64,000 nucleotides of DNA, from the IMG/VR virus record IMGVR_UViG_3300032245_001714, one strand, 5' to 3'. This document shows positions 37,246-47,436 of the stretch, piece after piece. Each line of letters opens with the position of its first letter. The first letter of the stretch is position 1. Below the pieces are notes generated by a model, which saw nothing but the letters and a program-made list of their open reading frames with translations, ran no database searches and was not told where the DNA came from. Origin of the DNA: a virus (taxonomy: Duplodnaviria; Heunggongvirae; Uroviricota; Caudoviricetes). Position numbers and translations under genes: made by a program.

Positions 37246-38272
37246 AACCAATACCTCTAATCCTCTGTTCCCATTCCCATGCACTCTTTAATATATCTAA
37301 AGTTGTTAGCTTAGCCTCCCAACCTAGAGTAGATTTAGCCTTCGATGGATCACACCAAACTTCTGCAGTATCTCCTGGTCTTCTGTCTGCTTGTTCACAG
37401 ACGATTAGATCAGGTTCAACATCTAAAACAAAGGTATCGATCATTTCATAAACAGATGTTCCCTTTCCTGTCCCGATATTAAAAACATCATAGGTGTGAA
37501 GTTCCTGTTTGTTCAGCCATTCCAATGAAGCTAAATGCGCTTGAGCCAGATCAGTTACATGAATATAATCGCGGATAGCCGATCCGTCTGGAGTTGGATA
37601 GTCAACCCCTGTAACTTTTATTGGCTGCTCATAGATACCTGCAGCTGCCTGAGTTATGATAGGAACGAGATTTCCTGGTTTACCTATTGGCATTTCACCA
37701 ATCCATCCAGAAGCATCCGCTCCAGCGGGATTGAAGTATCTGAGGGCTACTGATTTTAATTTTTTGATAGCTGTGCAATCTTCCAATATCCATTCACCAA
37801 CAACTTTTGAAGATCCGTAAGGAGTTGTACCCTTTGATATCGGATGTGATTCATTTATAGGCAGATACTGGGGTTGCCCATAAACGGTGCATGAACTTGA
37901 GAATATAAAATTCTTGATACATAGGATCTCGCACAGTCTGATGGAAGTGAGCAAGGAATCTATATTGTTTCGATAATAAGTCAAAGGATTTCCCACTGAC
38001 TCTGGAGAAGATTTGAGTGCAGCAAAATGAATAAGAGCGTCAGCCCTTATTGAATCTTCTCCTATGGTATCGTAGATATCTAGTGGAGAATCCAGTAGAG
38101 ATACCTTGTGAAATATAGGAGCTTTTCCTGCTGCTTTTTCTATCCTCTCAATCGATTCGTATGACGAATTAATTAAAGAATCCAATATGATTACTTCATG
38201 CCCTGCACGGAGAGCTTCTACTGCTGTATGAGAACCAATATACCCTGCTCCTCCTGTTATAATTATTTTCAT
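37238..38272 (-). CDS. galE: UDP-glucose 4-epimerase
   Basis: TGGAGYIGSH, catalytic YGSSK, FNPAGA; about 344 aa, colinear with GalE. Confidence 0.8.
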   Translation of the reverse strand: MKIIITGGAGYIGSHTAVEALRAGHEVIILDSLINSSYESIERIEKAAGKAPIFHKVSLLDSPLDIYDTIGEDSIRADALIHFAALKSSPESVGNPLTYYRNNIDSLLTSIRLCEILCIKNFIFSSSCTVYGQPQYLPINESHPISKGTTPYGSSKVVGEWILEDCTAIKKLKSVALRYFNPAGADASGWIGEMPIGKPGNLVPIITQAAAGIYEQPIKVTGVDYPTPDGSAIRDYIHVTDLAQAHLASLEWLNKQELHTYDVFNIGTGKGTSVYEMIDTFVLDVEPDLIVCEQADRRPGDTAEVWCDPSKAKSTLGWEAKLTTLDILKSAWEWEQRIRGIGFN

Positions 38273-38302
38273 TCTGCTTGTGTTTTAACAAATTAAAGCT
38301 CC

Positions 38303-38632
38303 TTAATACTGATCGCCGTCATTATTCGTCCGTGATTTTTTTTGTTTCTCTGTGCTGTCATTTCTTTGCTCCATCTTGTGAATTGGATTTTTACAATTTC
38401 CTTTATGTGATCCCCAGGTAAAATGACTATTCCCGGGAGATACTACAATATACTCACATCCCTCTAAGGTGTAAATTTGGTAGTACCTATCATAGCTTTC
38501 ATCAAAGGTATCGAGTTCTTCAATCCCGATTGATCGTAACTCATTATAGGGCTCCTGTTTTTCGTTCATCTCCTCCCTGCAGCTTGCCAATCCAAGAATT
38601 GATATCAGAAGTATAATAATTTTATTTTTCAT
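38303..38632 (-). CDS. small lipoprotein (109 aa)
   Basis: LISILGLASC lipobox. Confidence 0.5.
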   Translation of the reverse strand: MKNKIIILLISILGLASCREEMNEKQEPYNELRSIGIEELDTFDESYDRYYQIYTLEGCEYIVVSPGNSHFTWGSHKGNCKNPIHKMEQRNDSTEKQKKSRTNNDGDQY

Positions 38633-38683
38633 AATTAATCGTTTTTAGTTTTTAATTGTTCTCTATTATTCTATATGGTTTTT

Positions 38684-40747
38684 TTATTTTATAAAAGTTA
38701 TAGATCTTCCATACGTTGATGCAAAATAGGTCCCAGAAGGTAACGTGCTAACGTTTATAAAATATCCGTTTGCATTATAGCTTACTGTTCTGGTGATATT
38801 TCCGGAAACATTTGTGATGACCATCACGCCAGGAACATTACATTTAATATAAATACGCTTATTGGTTGAACTGTAGTAAAAAGATGAAATAACCACGTTG
38901 TTATTGCACGTTCTTTGAATGCTGTCTAAAGGAGGCGTTCCGTTACATCCTGAGGGAGATGATGTGTAAGATCTGGATTGGAAACTTCCATTACATGTTG
39001 ACCACTGACCATAGGTGAATGTACAATTTGGAGTGCTCACTATATTGTATTTTTCATACAGTCCGATGCTAGGTGTAGAAGAGATAGGCATTCCTCCGAA
39101 ATCCTTAGTTAATCCCGGTATGATAAGTCCATGAGATACCCCATAACTGGTGTCTACCAAATGTAAATCCCAATCTTCTGGAAAGGCTGCAGTTGTATCT
39201 GAAAATAATTTGGTGCTAATAATCCTCTCTCCTGATTCTAAAGTTCCTCCAAGAGATGTTGGATTTATCAATCCACCGTTTATGTAATAGATGTTGTTAG
39301 AGTGCTTGTATTTTATTCTAGAATGACCATAGATCATTTGATCACCCACAGTTGAATAGAATATGTTATTTCTGCTATCAACAAGCGTATCAGCATTTCC
39401 TCTAATATTGTCAGATGAGTATTGGACGGTAGCCCTATGTCCTCCGTAATTACAAACGGATGGATGAATCGGGTTACTCCATGTATTGTCTGTTACAGGT
39501 AAAGTATTGTTAGGACACTTATATCTATTCCTAAAGAACCACCATTGCATAAAAGACTGTCCATCACCGTAAATGTCGCTTCCGAAATTAGGACCATTCA
39601 TTCTTGAACTGTTGTTATTGATGGAAACGTTGTTGTATATTCCTATGTTTCTACTGTTACCAACAAAAGATCCTGTTGAAGCATGGATATACCCCATCTG
39701 TCCACAATTAATTACTTTATTATATGCGAATGTAACATACTTGCAACCAGCTGTCGTGTCTAAATTATCAATATTACCCATTTCGAATACACCACTGCAA
39801 TCTATAAAAGTGTTATAAACTACTCGTGTGTTATTGCAGTTAAACATGTCAAGACCAACCCCGCCTAATCCAAATGTTGAACTAACTCTACCTGATTTTG
39901 CCCAAGCACCTTTTATGTAATTATAGCTGATCTCGCAGTTGTCACAATTCATTCCTTCAAATGCTCCTGCCATGACATCGTAAGTTCCAGACGTATCCGT
40001 TGTGGATTTTAGATTTGTAATTCTGTTATTCGTTAAAGTGGCTCTTTCAGCAGCTATTCCTTGAAAAGCATAACTTATATTACTAAATGCACAATTCCTA
40101 ATTACAAAATCCTTAACATAGTATTTTCTATTTGCTGTGTCACTTGCTGAGCCTGGGATGATAACACCATTAACTAATTTAGATTTAGTGTATTCCCCTA
40201 ATATGATTGCTCCGGTTGTGTAGGCCGGGTTTGTTTTGTCTGCTACTGGGAATCTGGTGTCATTGAATTGAATACCGTCTATTATTATCCATCTTACTCC
40301 AGCAAACCCAATTACATTCTTATCCGATGTACTTGGGACTGTGTTATTGGGATGTATCCAATTGGGAAGTGGTAGAGCAGGATCACCGTAGTTTGTTATT
40401 ACTATCGGAGATGTCGATGTTCCGCTAGGAGCTGTAAAATACTGTGGGAGACTAGACTGTGATGGATTGTTTGGAACGTTCCACCAGAACACGCTAACGT
40501 AAGCATTATTACCGTTTGAAAAAACATCTCCCCTTTTAAATAACAGGGTGTCTCCGGGTTGAAATAAAACTCTTCCGGATGTGGTGTAATACTGGATTTT
40601 TTTAAGACTCTGCCATGGAGTCGATTGATTTTGAGCCTGATCGCTGGTGTAGTTATCGTTTCCCGTTGAACTACTGAAATAGAATTTTCTTGCATTTGCA
40701 AAAATAGATAGAATCATAAAGATCCCCAATAAAGATAGTCGTTTCAT
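38684..40747 (-). CDS. secreted right-handed beta-helix (pectate-lyase-fold) protein with a T9SS-type C-terminal sorting domain
   Basis: Signal peptide MKRLSLLGIFMILSIFANA; NxxxN beta-helix rungs; C-terminus ...ITNVSGNITRTVSYNANGYFINVSTLPSGTYFASTYGRSITFIK fits the Por/T9SS CTD. Confidence 0.65.
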   Translation of the reverse strand: MKRLSLLGIFMILSIFANARKFYFSSSTGNDNYTSDQAQNQSTPWQSLKKIQYYTTSGRVLFQPGDTLLFKRGDVFSNGNNAYVSVFWWNVPNNPSQSSLPQYFTAPSGTSTSPIVITNYGDPALPLPNWIHPNNTVPSTSDKNVIGFAGVRWIIIDGIQFNDTRFPVADKTNPAYTTGAIILGEYTKSKLVNGVIIPGSASDTANRKYYVKDFVIRNCAFSNISYAFQGIAAERATLTNNRITNLKSTTDTSGTYDVMAGAFEGMNCDNCEISYNYIKGAWAKSGRVSSTFGLGGVGLDMFNCNNTRVVYNTFIDCSGVFEMGNIDNLDTTAGCKYVTFAYNKVINCGQMGYIHASTGSFVGNSRNIGIYNNVSINNNSSRMNGPNFGSDIYGDGQSFMQWWFFRNRYKCPNNTLPVTDNTWSNPIHPSVCNYGGHRATVQYSSDNIRGNADTLVDSRNNIFYSTVGDQMIYGHSRIKYKHSNNIYYINGGLINPTSLGGTLESGERIISTKLFSDTTAAFPEDWDLHLVDTSYGVSHGLIIPGLTKDFGGMPISSTPSIGLYEKYNIVSTPNCTFTYGQWSTCNGSFQSRSYTSSPSGCNGTPPLDSIQRTCNNNVVISSFYYSSTNKRIYIKCNVPGVMVITNVSGNITRTVSYNANGYFINVSTLPSGTYFASTYGRSITFIK

Positions 40748-40812
40748 GTTTTTATTCTTTAGTTTAAAATTAATTCGTCTGTAGTTCTTTGTCCTGTCTT
40801 TGCCTTTTATCT

Positions 40813-41907
40813 TTATCCTGCTTTAAGTAAAAAGTTATTAGAAATGGCTTTAAAAGATATTGATTTATCTTTATTCCTAATAACCAATCCTTCTCTTTCT
40901 GTCTGTTCGTTCAACCTAGATTTACCCTCTGCTTGAATTAAAACCTCCTCTATGGTCGAAGGAAGTTTATAATCGTAATAAATCACCGGAACGAGCTCTA
41001 ATGGCTTATCGTCAACATTTATCTTTTCTAGTATTCTAATCATATCATCAAGTCCCAAATACTCCCGGGTGTCTATGTTGAACATGTTGAATATTTTAAC
41101 CGTTTGACCTTTAATCTTATATGGATTTCCCTGTATCCCTTCGCCGATGAGTTCTCCCTGAATCGCGTAGTTACCTTCAAGAGTTCCCAATTTCTCTTCG
41201 ATGAAAAGTTCTCTGGCAACTTTCCAAAACGTATTTTCCTCTGTTTCTAATAGCTCTAAATTTCTTGAACAAACTCCAAACACACCATTATTAAAATAAT
41301 ATGTTGCAGAGCTTCCGTCAAGTTTTTCTGTTACGTAATAGTGCTTATCACGCATGCTATCGAATTCTTTAGTCATGTTCTGGATTCTCTCCTCGTCGGT
41401 CTTTCTGATAAATCCTGGGAAATAGCCTTTTACCTTTCCTGCTAATGAAGCTGGGATCGGAGGTTCATATTTTAATATCCCAAGATAGTCAGTAAGATCC
41501 ATCCCCTCCTCTATAATCATTGCATCATCATAAGGACCTAATTGTAACTGATTTCCCCAAGGCTGCTCTGAAATCCCTACTACCATTTCTTCAAACTCTT
41601 TACTGTTTAAAACTGAAAGAGGAAGACAAAGTCCCTGAGAGATTTGTCCTCGGAGTTTTATTGTCTTTAATCTAAATCCCTCTTTATCTCCCATTTTTTT
41701 AAACGAAGATTTTCTTAGAAATTCAAACTCTTCCCTCACAGGTAAGAAAGAATCTATCTCGAAATAGACACAAAGGTCTCCTTCGTTAAACTCCCCTTTC
41801 TTTGAGACAACCTTCCATGAATTCACGGTTACTATTTCTATTGCGTCCGCTCCCCCGATAGGAAGAATTTTTCCAATTCTCTGTATCGAAGCTAATTTTC
41901 TTTCCAT
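40813..41907 (-). CDS. ATP-dependent RNA ligase, DRB0094/Rnl5-like
   Basis: KxDG adenylation motif TEKLDGSS; N-terminus RKLASIQRIGKILPIGGADAIEIVTVNSWKVVSKKGEFNEGDLCVYFEIDSFLP, typical of this ligase family. Confidence 0.55.
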   Translation of the reverse strand: MERKLASIQRIGKILPIGGADAIEIVTVNSWKVVSKKGEFNEGDLCVYFEIDSFLPVREEFEFLRKSSFKKMGDKEGFRLKTIKLRGQISQGLCLPLSVLNSKEFEEMVVGISEQPWGNQLQLGPYDDAMIIEEGMDLTDYLGILKYEPPIPASLAGKVKGYFPGFIRKTDEERIQNMTKEFDSMRDKHYYVTEKLDGSSATYYFNNGVFGVCSRNLELLETEENTFWKVARELFIEEKLGTLEGNYAIQGELIGEGIQGNPYKIKGQTVKIFNMFNIDTREYLGLDDMIRILEKINVDDKPLELVPVIYYDYKLPSTIEEVLIQAEGKSRLNEQTEREGLVIRNKDKSISFKAISNNFLLKAG

Positions 41908-41937
41908 TATATTTTAATTTTTTAATTTATTAGATAC

Positions 41938-42543
41938 TTATTCTCCGTATATTTTATCGATAGTTTTTACTATTATTTCATTATAGGGAATCCATGATTT
42001 AATCATGGATTCTTTGTCGTACTTTTTATCCGGGAAATAGCACTTTAGATCCTCGGACGGTTTAAGAGCTTTACACTGAGCAGGTCTCTGATCAAATTCT
42101 TTTGAGCATCCCGATTCGGTCAAAAAAACGCATTCACCTCCCCAAGAGGCATCTACTATTCTGCCAACAGATTTCTTAGTCTGCGGTCTTAGATAATAGA
42201 AAGTAAGATCATCGTGTTCTGGGTTACCTGTTAGATTACCTTCCCAGTAATCAAACTGGTATCCGTTCTTGAACATCTCAGATAAAGATTCAACCGTTAT
42301 TTCTTTTAGATCCTCAGGAGAGACTATTCCTGGGAATGCCTTACAGCATTTTCCTTGACAGGATGAACAAACGCTCTTGTTTTCGTTATTTTTCATAGCC
42401 CAAAGGTATGGAATTCTTTCGGAAATAAAAAAAATATTTTTATCCAGTTCCTCGTGAATATATAGATAATCATGAAATACCCTAAAAAATACCTGACAAC
42501 CAATCCCAATATAATGAAGAGGGAGATCAAAAAACATGGGCAC
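41938..42543 (-). CDS. YkgJ-like cysteine-cluster protein
   Basis: CSSCQGKCCKAFPG, a CxxCxxCC motif. Confidence 0.45.
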   Translation of the reverse strand: MPMFFDLPLHYIGIGCQVFFRVFHDYLYIHEELDKNIFFISERIPYLWAMKNNENKSVCSSCQGKCCKAFPGIVSPEDLKEITVESLSEMFKNGYQFDYWEGNLTGNPEHDDLTFYYLRPQTKKSVGRIVDASWGGECVFLTESGCSKEFDQRPAQCKALKPSEDLKCYFPDKKYDKESMIKSWIPYNEIIVKTIDKIYGE

Positions 42544-43053
42544 AAGGCTGATGATGATTCTTCAGCATATGGACCATGGGATGCCGACTATAAAAGCGGC
42601 AAAGCAGGCAAGGGCAAACCAGTCCCAACTAAGACCAGCAAATACACTAAAAAATACAAGGAGATGTTTGGTGAGTCAGAGGACTTCGAGATCGACAATA
42701 TAGTGAGTTTTAATGACTATAGCGAGCCTCAAAACGTTTTTGAAGAGATTGTCTTGGAAGACGAGAGTATCACAGCAGACGTGCTAGAAGAAGCGTCTAA
42801 GATGGGTAAGAACAGTCCCGTTTATAAAGCTCTTAAAAAGAAATCGGATAAAACAGGATTTCCTCTAGGGATTCTAAGACAAGTTTGGGGTAGGGGGTAC
42901 GCAGCTTGGAAAGTTGGTCATATTCCCGGAACTACCCCTCAGCAGTGGGCTATGGCTAGGGTTAACTCTTTTTTAACGGGAGGTAAAACAACAAAGATGG
43001 GAGATAAAGCTCTTTATAAGAGAGCTAAGGCTAACAGAAAAGATAAGAATTAG
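42472..43053 (+). CDS. hypothetical Lys-rich protein (193 aa)
   Basis: Overlaps the convergent upstream gene by 72 nt on the opposite strand; protein-like sequence. Confidence 0.4.
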   Translation: MKYPKKYLTTNPNIMKREIKKHGHKADDDSSAYGPWDADYKSGKAGKGKPVPTKTSKYTKKYKEMFGESEDFEIDNIVSFNDYSEPQNVFEEIVLEDESITADVLEEASKMGKNSPVYKALKKKSDKTGFPLGILRQVWGRGYAAWKVGHIPGTTPQQWAMARVNSFLTGGKTTKMGDKALYKRAKANRKDKN

Positions 43054-44474
43054 GTAATTTTTTTCTGGTAATCTATAACGGAATATCCATCCGGCTCATG
43101 TACAAGAGGTGCTGTTGTAGCAAATATAGGAACTCTCATATCGTAATTCCAATAAAGCCAAATATCCCATGCATGCCATCCGGTATTAGCTAATTTATTC
43201 TGAATGTTTTCTTTTTCTGATTTAAAGACCATATAACAGTGAGCACAGAGAAAATGGTCTATCTGTTTGTAATCACCCATATAGATTGCAGTGTCACTAA
43301 CCGAAGCTCTCGATGCCATGCCGTAGCTAACAGCTCCGAATGTAAACATAGCTCCAGATCTAGCTAACCCGAATTCATAAGCATCGTATATCTTCTTGGT
43401 AAATTCTTCTGGCCTTAGATCATATACAACGTCGCTTTCAACAATAATCAGTGCATCATAATTTCCAAAATCCTCTACAGCTGATCTGTGAGCAACGTAA
43501 GCACCATAATGCCCATATGAAAGCACAGGAGGATTGTTAATAAAATCTTTGGATCGATCTATTATTTCTGGCTGTGCACAATTCTCTGATGGTAATTCCG
43601 TTCTATTAACAACGGAATACCTCTGGGAGTAGCAAGCAAAGTTACTTGCTATTTTTTCGAATGCAGAAACCGAAGCTTTCTGTTTAGCCATAACAGAATC
43701 CCATTTATCAGAAGGGATATCCTGTGGCTGACTTGGATCCAGTAACAGATGACAAATCTTTATCCTAGGTTTCTTTTTATTCATCCATTTATCATCGAAA
43801 ACTTTTTTCATACCTAGAGTCATCCCTAATTCATCATCCAAAAGATCTTTACTGCTTTCAGTTAGGTGGTGAACGATTGAAGATTTTATGAGAGCATGTT
43901 TAATCCCGTGATGTTTAAGATTCTCTGCATAATCATTATCCTGATACCAGTGTAAAAATCTTTCGTCCCATTTACCTATTCTATCAATAACAGATTTTTT
44001 CATCAGAATACACCATCCACAAACACCAAATCCAACTTCATAACTTTCATTAATCTCTGAACTAGCCCATCCTGTATAATATTTATTATGGAAATCTGGT
44101 TCAAATGGACTGAAAGAATCTATATCGGGTCTAGATCTAGAAGCCTCCAATATTCTATCAAACCACCCTGTTTCGAATATAAGATCGTTATTTATGATTA
44201 ATAACCAGTCTGAATTTTCGGTGTGTGTCATTCCTATATTAAGAAATCTATTATACGCAAACTTCTCATTAGGGGTTATGTATTTTATCGAATTATTAAC
44301 ATTTCCCGCTTTAATCTCTGAGTATTCCCACCTTGGTGAATTTGACGATTCAACTAAAACTAAATTGAATTCAGTTTGAGGCTGAGATTCAAATAGAGTC
44401 GATATTGTTTTTGAACACATGTCAAAATAACGGACATCATCAGTTTTGGTTAAACATATAACATCAATCTTCAT
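43050..44474 (-). CDS. glycosyltransferase-like protein (474 aa)
   Basis: GT-A-like N-terminal region LVLVESSNSP...LIINNDLIFE. Confidence 0.45.
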   Translation of the reverse strand: MKIDVICLTKTDDVRYFDMCSKTISTLFESQPQTEFNLVLVESSNSPRWEYSEIKAGNVNNSIKYITPNEKFAYNRFLNIGMTHTENSDWLLIINNDLIFETGWFDRILEASRSRPDIDSFSPFEPDFHNKYYTGWASSEINESYEVGFGVCGWCILMKKSVIDRIGKWDERFLHWYQDNDYAENLKHHGIKHALIKSSIVHHLTESSKDLLDDELGMTLGMKKVFDDKWMNKKKPRIKICHLLLDPSQPQDIPSDKWDSVMAKQKASVSAFEKIASNFACYSQRYSVVNRTELPSENCAQPEIIDRSKDFINNPPVLSYGHYGAYVAHRSAVEDFGNYDALIIVESDVVYDLRPEEFTKKIYDAYEFGLARSGAMFTFGAVSYGMASRASVSDTAIYMGDYKQIDHFLCAHCYMVFKSEKENIQNKLANTGWHAWDIWLYWNYDMRVPIFATTAPLVHEPDGYSVIDYQKKIT

Positions 44475-44479
44475 TGTAA

Positions 44480-45025
44480 CTATTTTTTTATGCCCCAGAA
44501 ATATAGATCTCTAGTTTCTTCGCCTATCTCGAATCCGAATTCTGAAAATGTATTATTAATATCAATTGCTGATCTAATGTCATCCTCAGTTAAATTCTTA
44601 TAGTAATTAGCCCACTTCTCATCTATGCTTAATAAAAATGGAGCATCCTCTGGACTAGTTCTTAAAGTTCCGTGCTCGTGTCTACCCTCTGTTGCGCAGG
44701 TAAAAGCCATAAGACCCCCAGATCTTAGTAGTCTTACCATATTGTTTATAGTCCTTACGTAATACATGTCATGTTCAAAACATTCTGAAGATGTCACCAC
44801 GTCAAAGAGAAATCCTGAATCGTACAGGTGTCCTGGACAAATAACGTCTACGTTTTTCCCCGCAGCAAGATCTATTCCGATGTAATAGAAAGGATGCTCA
44901 AAGAGATCTTTGGTTGATCCGTTGATATCTAGTGATCCGACATCAAGGACTTTAACATCGCTAAAAAATCTAGGATGTTTATCTTTAATCCCTTTATAAA
45001 AATTTTTCTGTTGCTGGTGTGCCAT
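44480..45025 (-). CDS. class I SAM-dependent methyltransferase
   Basis: Motif I VLDVGSLDINGS. Confidence 0.55.
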   Translation of the reverse strand: MAHQQQKNFYKGIKDKHPRFFSDVKVLDVGSLDINGSTKDLFEHPFYYIGIDLAAGKNVDVICPGHLYDSGFLFDVVTSSECFEHDMYYVRTINNMVRLLRSGGLMAFTCATEGRHEHGTLRTSPEDAPFLLSIDEKWANYYKNLTEDDIRSAIDINNTFSEFGFEIGEETRDLYFWGIKK

Positions 45026-45030
45026 ATTAT

Positions 45031-46080
45031 TTACTTTTTAAATCTATTTAACGAATTGGTTGTTATCATATTCCATTTTGCATATCCGATAAATTCGTTT
45101 AGATTCATTGCGTCACTGTAGCTCATAGCAGAGCTAAGATAACTTTTGAAGTTATCGACCCATCCATTCAAAGTATACTCAACAGGCTGCATTCTAGTTA
45201 CCCCCTCACTTGTTTTTAGAATCTCTTTTCCCATAGCTCTCTGAGCTTCCTTGGTGCTCATTCCTCTAAATTTCTTAAACATACGGGTTCCGTATGAGAA
45301 GAGTTTTTCAGTTTCTTGCGAGTATTGATTAATCCTATCCCCAGGTTCTGTCCAGCCTTCTTTTTTATTATTAGCTAGATATGTTTCCCCTGCGCTCTCT
45401 AGAGCTTTGTTTAGAATGGAACCAAGCATAACATAGTCAGCTCCAAGAGCAAGAGCTTTAATGATATCAGAGTAGCTTTTGAATCCCCCATCTGCCACGA
45501 TCTTAGCAGGGGTTTCTAAAGCCAGACTCACATCATAGCACTCATTAATCAATGAAGCCATCGGATAACCAACACCTGTTTGTACTGTTGTTAAACACCC
45601 TCCGCCGTTTCCTATACCAACCCTGATGTAATCTGCACCAGCCACAGAAAATGCTCTGTATGTTTCAGGATGTGCAACGTTGCCCACCATAAGAACTAGA
45701 TGACTTCCGTACATCTCCTTAGCTCTTCTAGTTATATCTAGAAGTCTTTGCATATGTCCATTAGCGATGTCTATCAGAATATGATGATATCCATCTCTTT
45801 TGTTGTTAATAAAAAGATCTTCAAATTGATCCATGCCTAAAGATCTAAAAAAATCTGGAAATGTGTTGTCTATACTTTCTAAAGATTCCGTTCTTGGCAT
45901 TATAACATTGATACCAGCTTTGAGAAATAGATCTTTATTCTCTCCGCTAACAACGGTGTCCATTGGAGCGGTAAAAAGAGGCAATCTACCATATTCATAA
46001 AAAACATCCACTTGTTTTCTTGAATGAATTCTAGAAATTGGAGCAGGCTGAATTAGGATATCGTCGAAGTCGAATTTCAT
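45031..46080 (-). CDS. GMP reductase / IMP dehydrogenase-family protein
   Basis: FDDILIQP...APMDTV...GIGNGGGCLTTVQTGVGYP, catalytic Cys loop; 349 aa, matching GuaC in length. Confidence 0.7.
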   Translation of the reverse strand: MKFDFDDILIQPAPISRIHSRKQVDVFYEYGRLPLFTAPMDTVVSGENKDLFLKAGINVIMPRTESLESIDNTFPDFFRSLGMDQFEDLFINNKRDGYHHILIDIANGHMQRLLDITRRAKEMYGSHLVLMVGNVAHPETYRAFSVAGADYIRVGIGNGGGCLTTVQTGVGYPMASLINECYDVSLALETPAKIVADGGFKSYSDIIKALALGADYVMLGSILNKALESAGETYLANNKKEGWTEPGDRINQYSQETEKLFSYGTRMFKKFRGMSTKEAQRAMGKEILKTSEGVTRMQPVEYTLNGWVDNFKSYLSSAMSYSDAMNLNEFIGYAKWNMITTNSLNRFKK

Positions 46081-46117
46081 TTTTGATCGGTTTAAGTAGT
46101 ATAAGTGAGTTTGATTT

Positions 46118-46387
46118 TTATTCTTCGTAATGGTTCAAAGATTTTACGAAATCTCTTCCGATAAAACATTTATAGGAATACCAAGATCCCTCTAGTAAAT
46201 ATGTGTAGTAGCCGTCAGGATCATCGAATTCATTAACGATGTTTATATGGAATTTTTCATCCACATCATCCTCCATAAAATTTCCAATAAAGTCTTTTAG
46301 CTTTATTTGGTCTTCCGGGTTTATCCCGACATAAAATAGGATCTTTTTATTTTGCATTTTTTTTCTCTCTTCTTTTTTTATACTCAA
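46118..46387 (-). CDS. hypothetical protein (89 aa)
   Basis: ORF track entry. Confidence 0.4.
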   Translation of the reverse strand: MSIKKEERKKMQNKKILFYVGINPEDQIKLKDFIGNFMEDDVDEKFHINIVNEFDDPDGYYTYLLEGSWYSYKCFIGRDFVKSLNHYEE

Positions 46388-46613
46388 CGGTTGCAGAAGT
46401 TCCTATAAATGATCCTATAATTGCAGCTGCTATTAGTCTTTTATCCTCGACGTAAGAGGTAACGGTGAAAGCTCCAAAGATATAAATCAGAGAAGCCCAG
46501 ATTCCTGAAGCTATTGATTTTCTCTCTTCGATTTTAATGAAATAGTAGGCCCAGCAGATATCAGCAAGAATCATACATCCCATTACTAAGAAAAACTTTT
46601 CGGTAAAACTCAT
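46347..46613 (-). CDS. small membrane protein (88 aa)
   Basis: Two transmembrane segments. Confidence 0.4.
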   Translation of the reverse strand: MSFTEKFFLVMGCMILADICWAYYFIKIEERKSIASGIWASLIYIFGAFTVTSYVEDKRLIAAAIIGSFIGTSATVEYKKRREKKNAK

Positions 46614-46625
46614 TTTAATTTGGAT

Positions 46626-47030
46626 TTAATAGTGAAGGTCTAAATATAAATTTTCAGTGTCATCTTTGTACTTTACTGCGCACCATGCAGGATGATATTG
46701 GTCTTTAGCTTGATTAAGTTCATCCTCCGTAAAAAGCTTTAAGTTGTCTTTTTTCATATTGGGATATTCTTCTAAATTATCATACTTTCCTGATTTTATA
46801 TCCTCATTAAACTGCAATCCCCAGTGATAATGTTCTCCCTCTTTCAGTACGACTCCCCATCCATTATTTTCAAAATAAGTGTCCTCGATTCTCTGGATAA
46901 GAACTAGGCCTTCATCCGGCATATCTAGGATAGATTTCTTTAACTCGCCTACTGTTAGATAACCGTTTTTCTTATACGAGGGAAGATCTTCTTTTTTAAT
47001 CTCTCTTGGAATTTTTCTAACCTTATCCAT
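46626..47030 (-). CDS. hypothetical protein (134 aa)
   Basis: ORF track entry. Confidence 0.5.
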   Translation of the reverse strand: MDKVRKIPREIKKEDLPSYKKNGYLTVGELKKSILDMPDEGLVLIQRIEDTYFENNGWGVVLKEGEHYHWGLQFNEDIKSGKYDNLEEYPNMKKDNLKLFTEDELNQAKDQYHPAWCAVKYKDDTENLYLDLHY

Positions 47031-47031
47031 T

Positions 47032-47436
47032 TTAACTTGAGAATTTTTCGTATGATTGTAGATATTCTGAAATGTTTCTTCCTCCTGCTGGATTCATCGA
47101 ATGAACTCTATATTTAGGAAGTTTTATCCCTTTATCCGTACAATAATCAACTAACCATTTTGCACAATCTAAACCTGTCTTCTCTTTAAAAGACTCGTAG
47201 TTTTTATTATACTCCTCCATCCCCTTGTACATGTCCTGTGAGTAGTGTTCGTCTGCAAGATCATGATCGAAAGAAATAAACTCAGGAAGTCCTTGAGCAT
47301 TAATAATTTCTACGAATTCGTCATAGCTTCTTGCAATCGTCCATTCCCAGTTTGTATACATTGCTCCGTCTAACATGTACCTCTGGCAATCCGCCGGGTA
47401 TCTAAAATCGTCTAAAAAAAGATTATATTGTGTCAT
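47032..47436 (-). CDS. hypothetical protein (134 aa)
   Basis: ORF track entry. Confidence 0.5.
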   Translation of the reverse strand: MTQYNLFLDDFRYPADCQRYMLDGAMYTNWEWTIARSYDEFVEIINAQGLPEFISFDHDLADEHYSQDMYKGMEEYNKNYESFKEKTGLDCAKWLVDYCTDKGIKLPKYRVHSMNPAGGRNISEYLQSYEKFSS

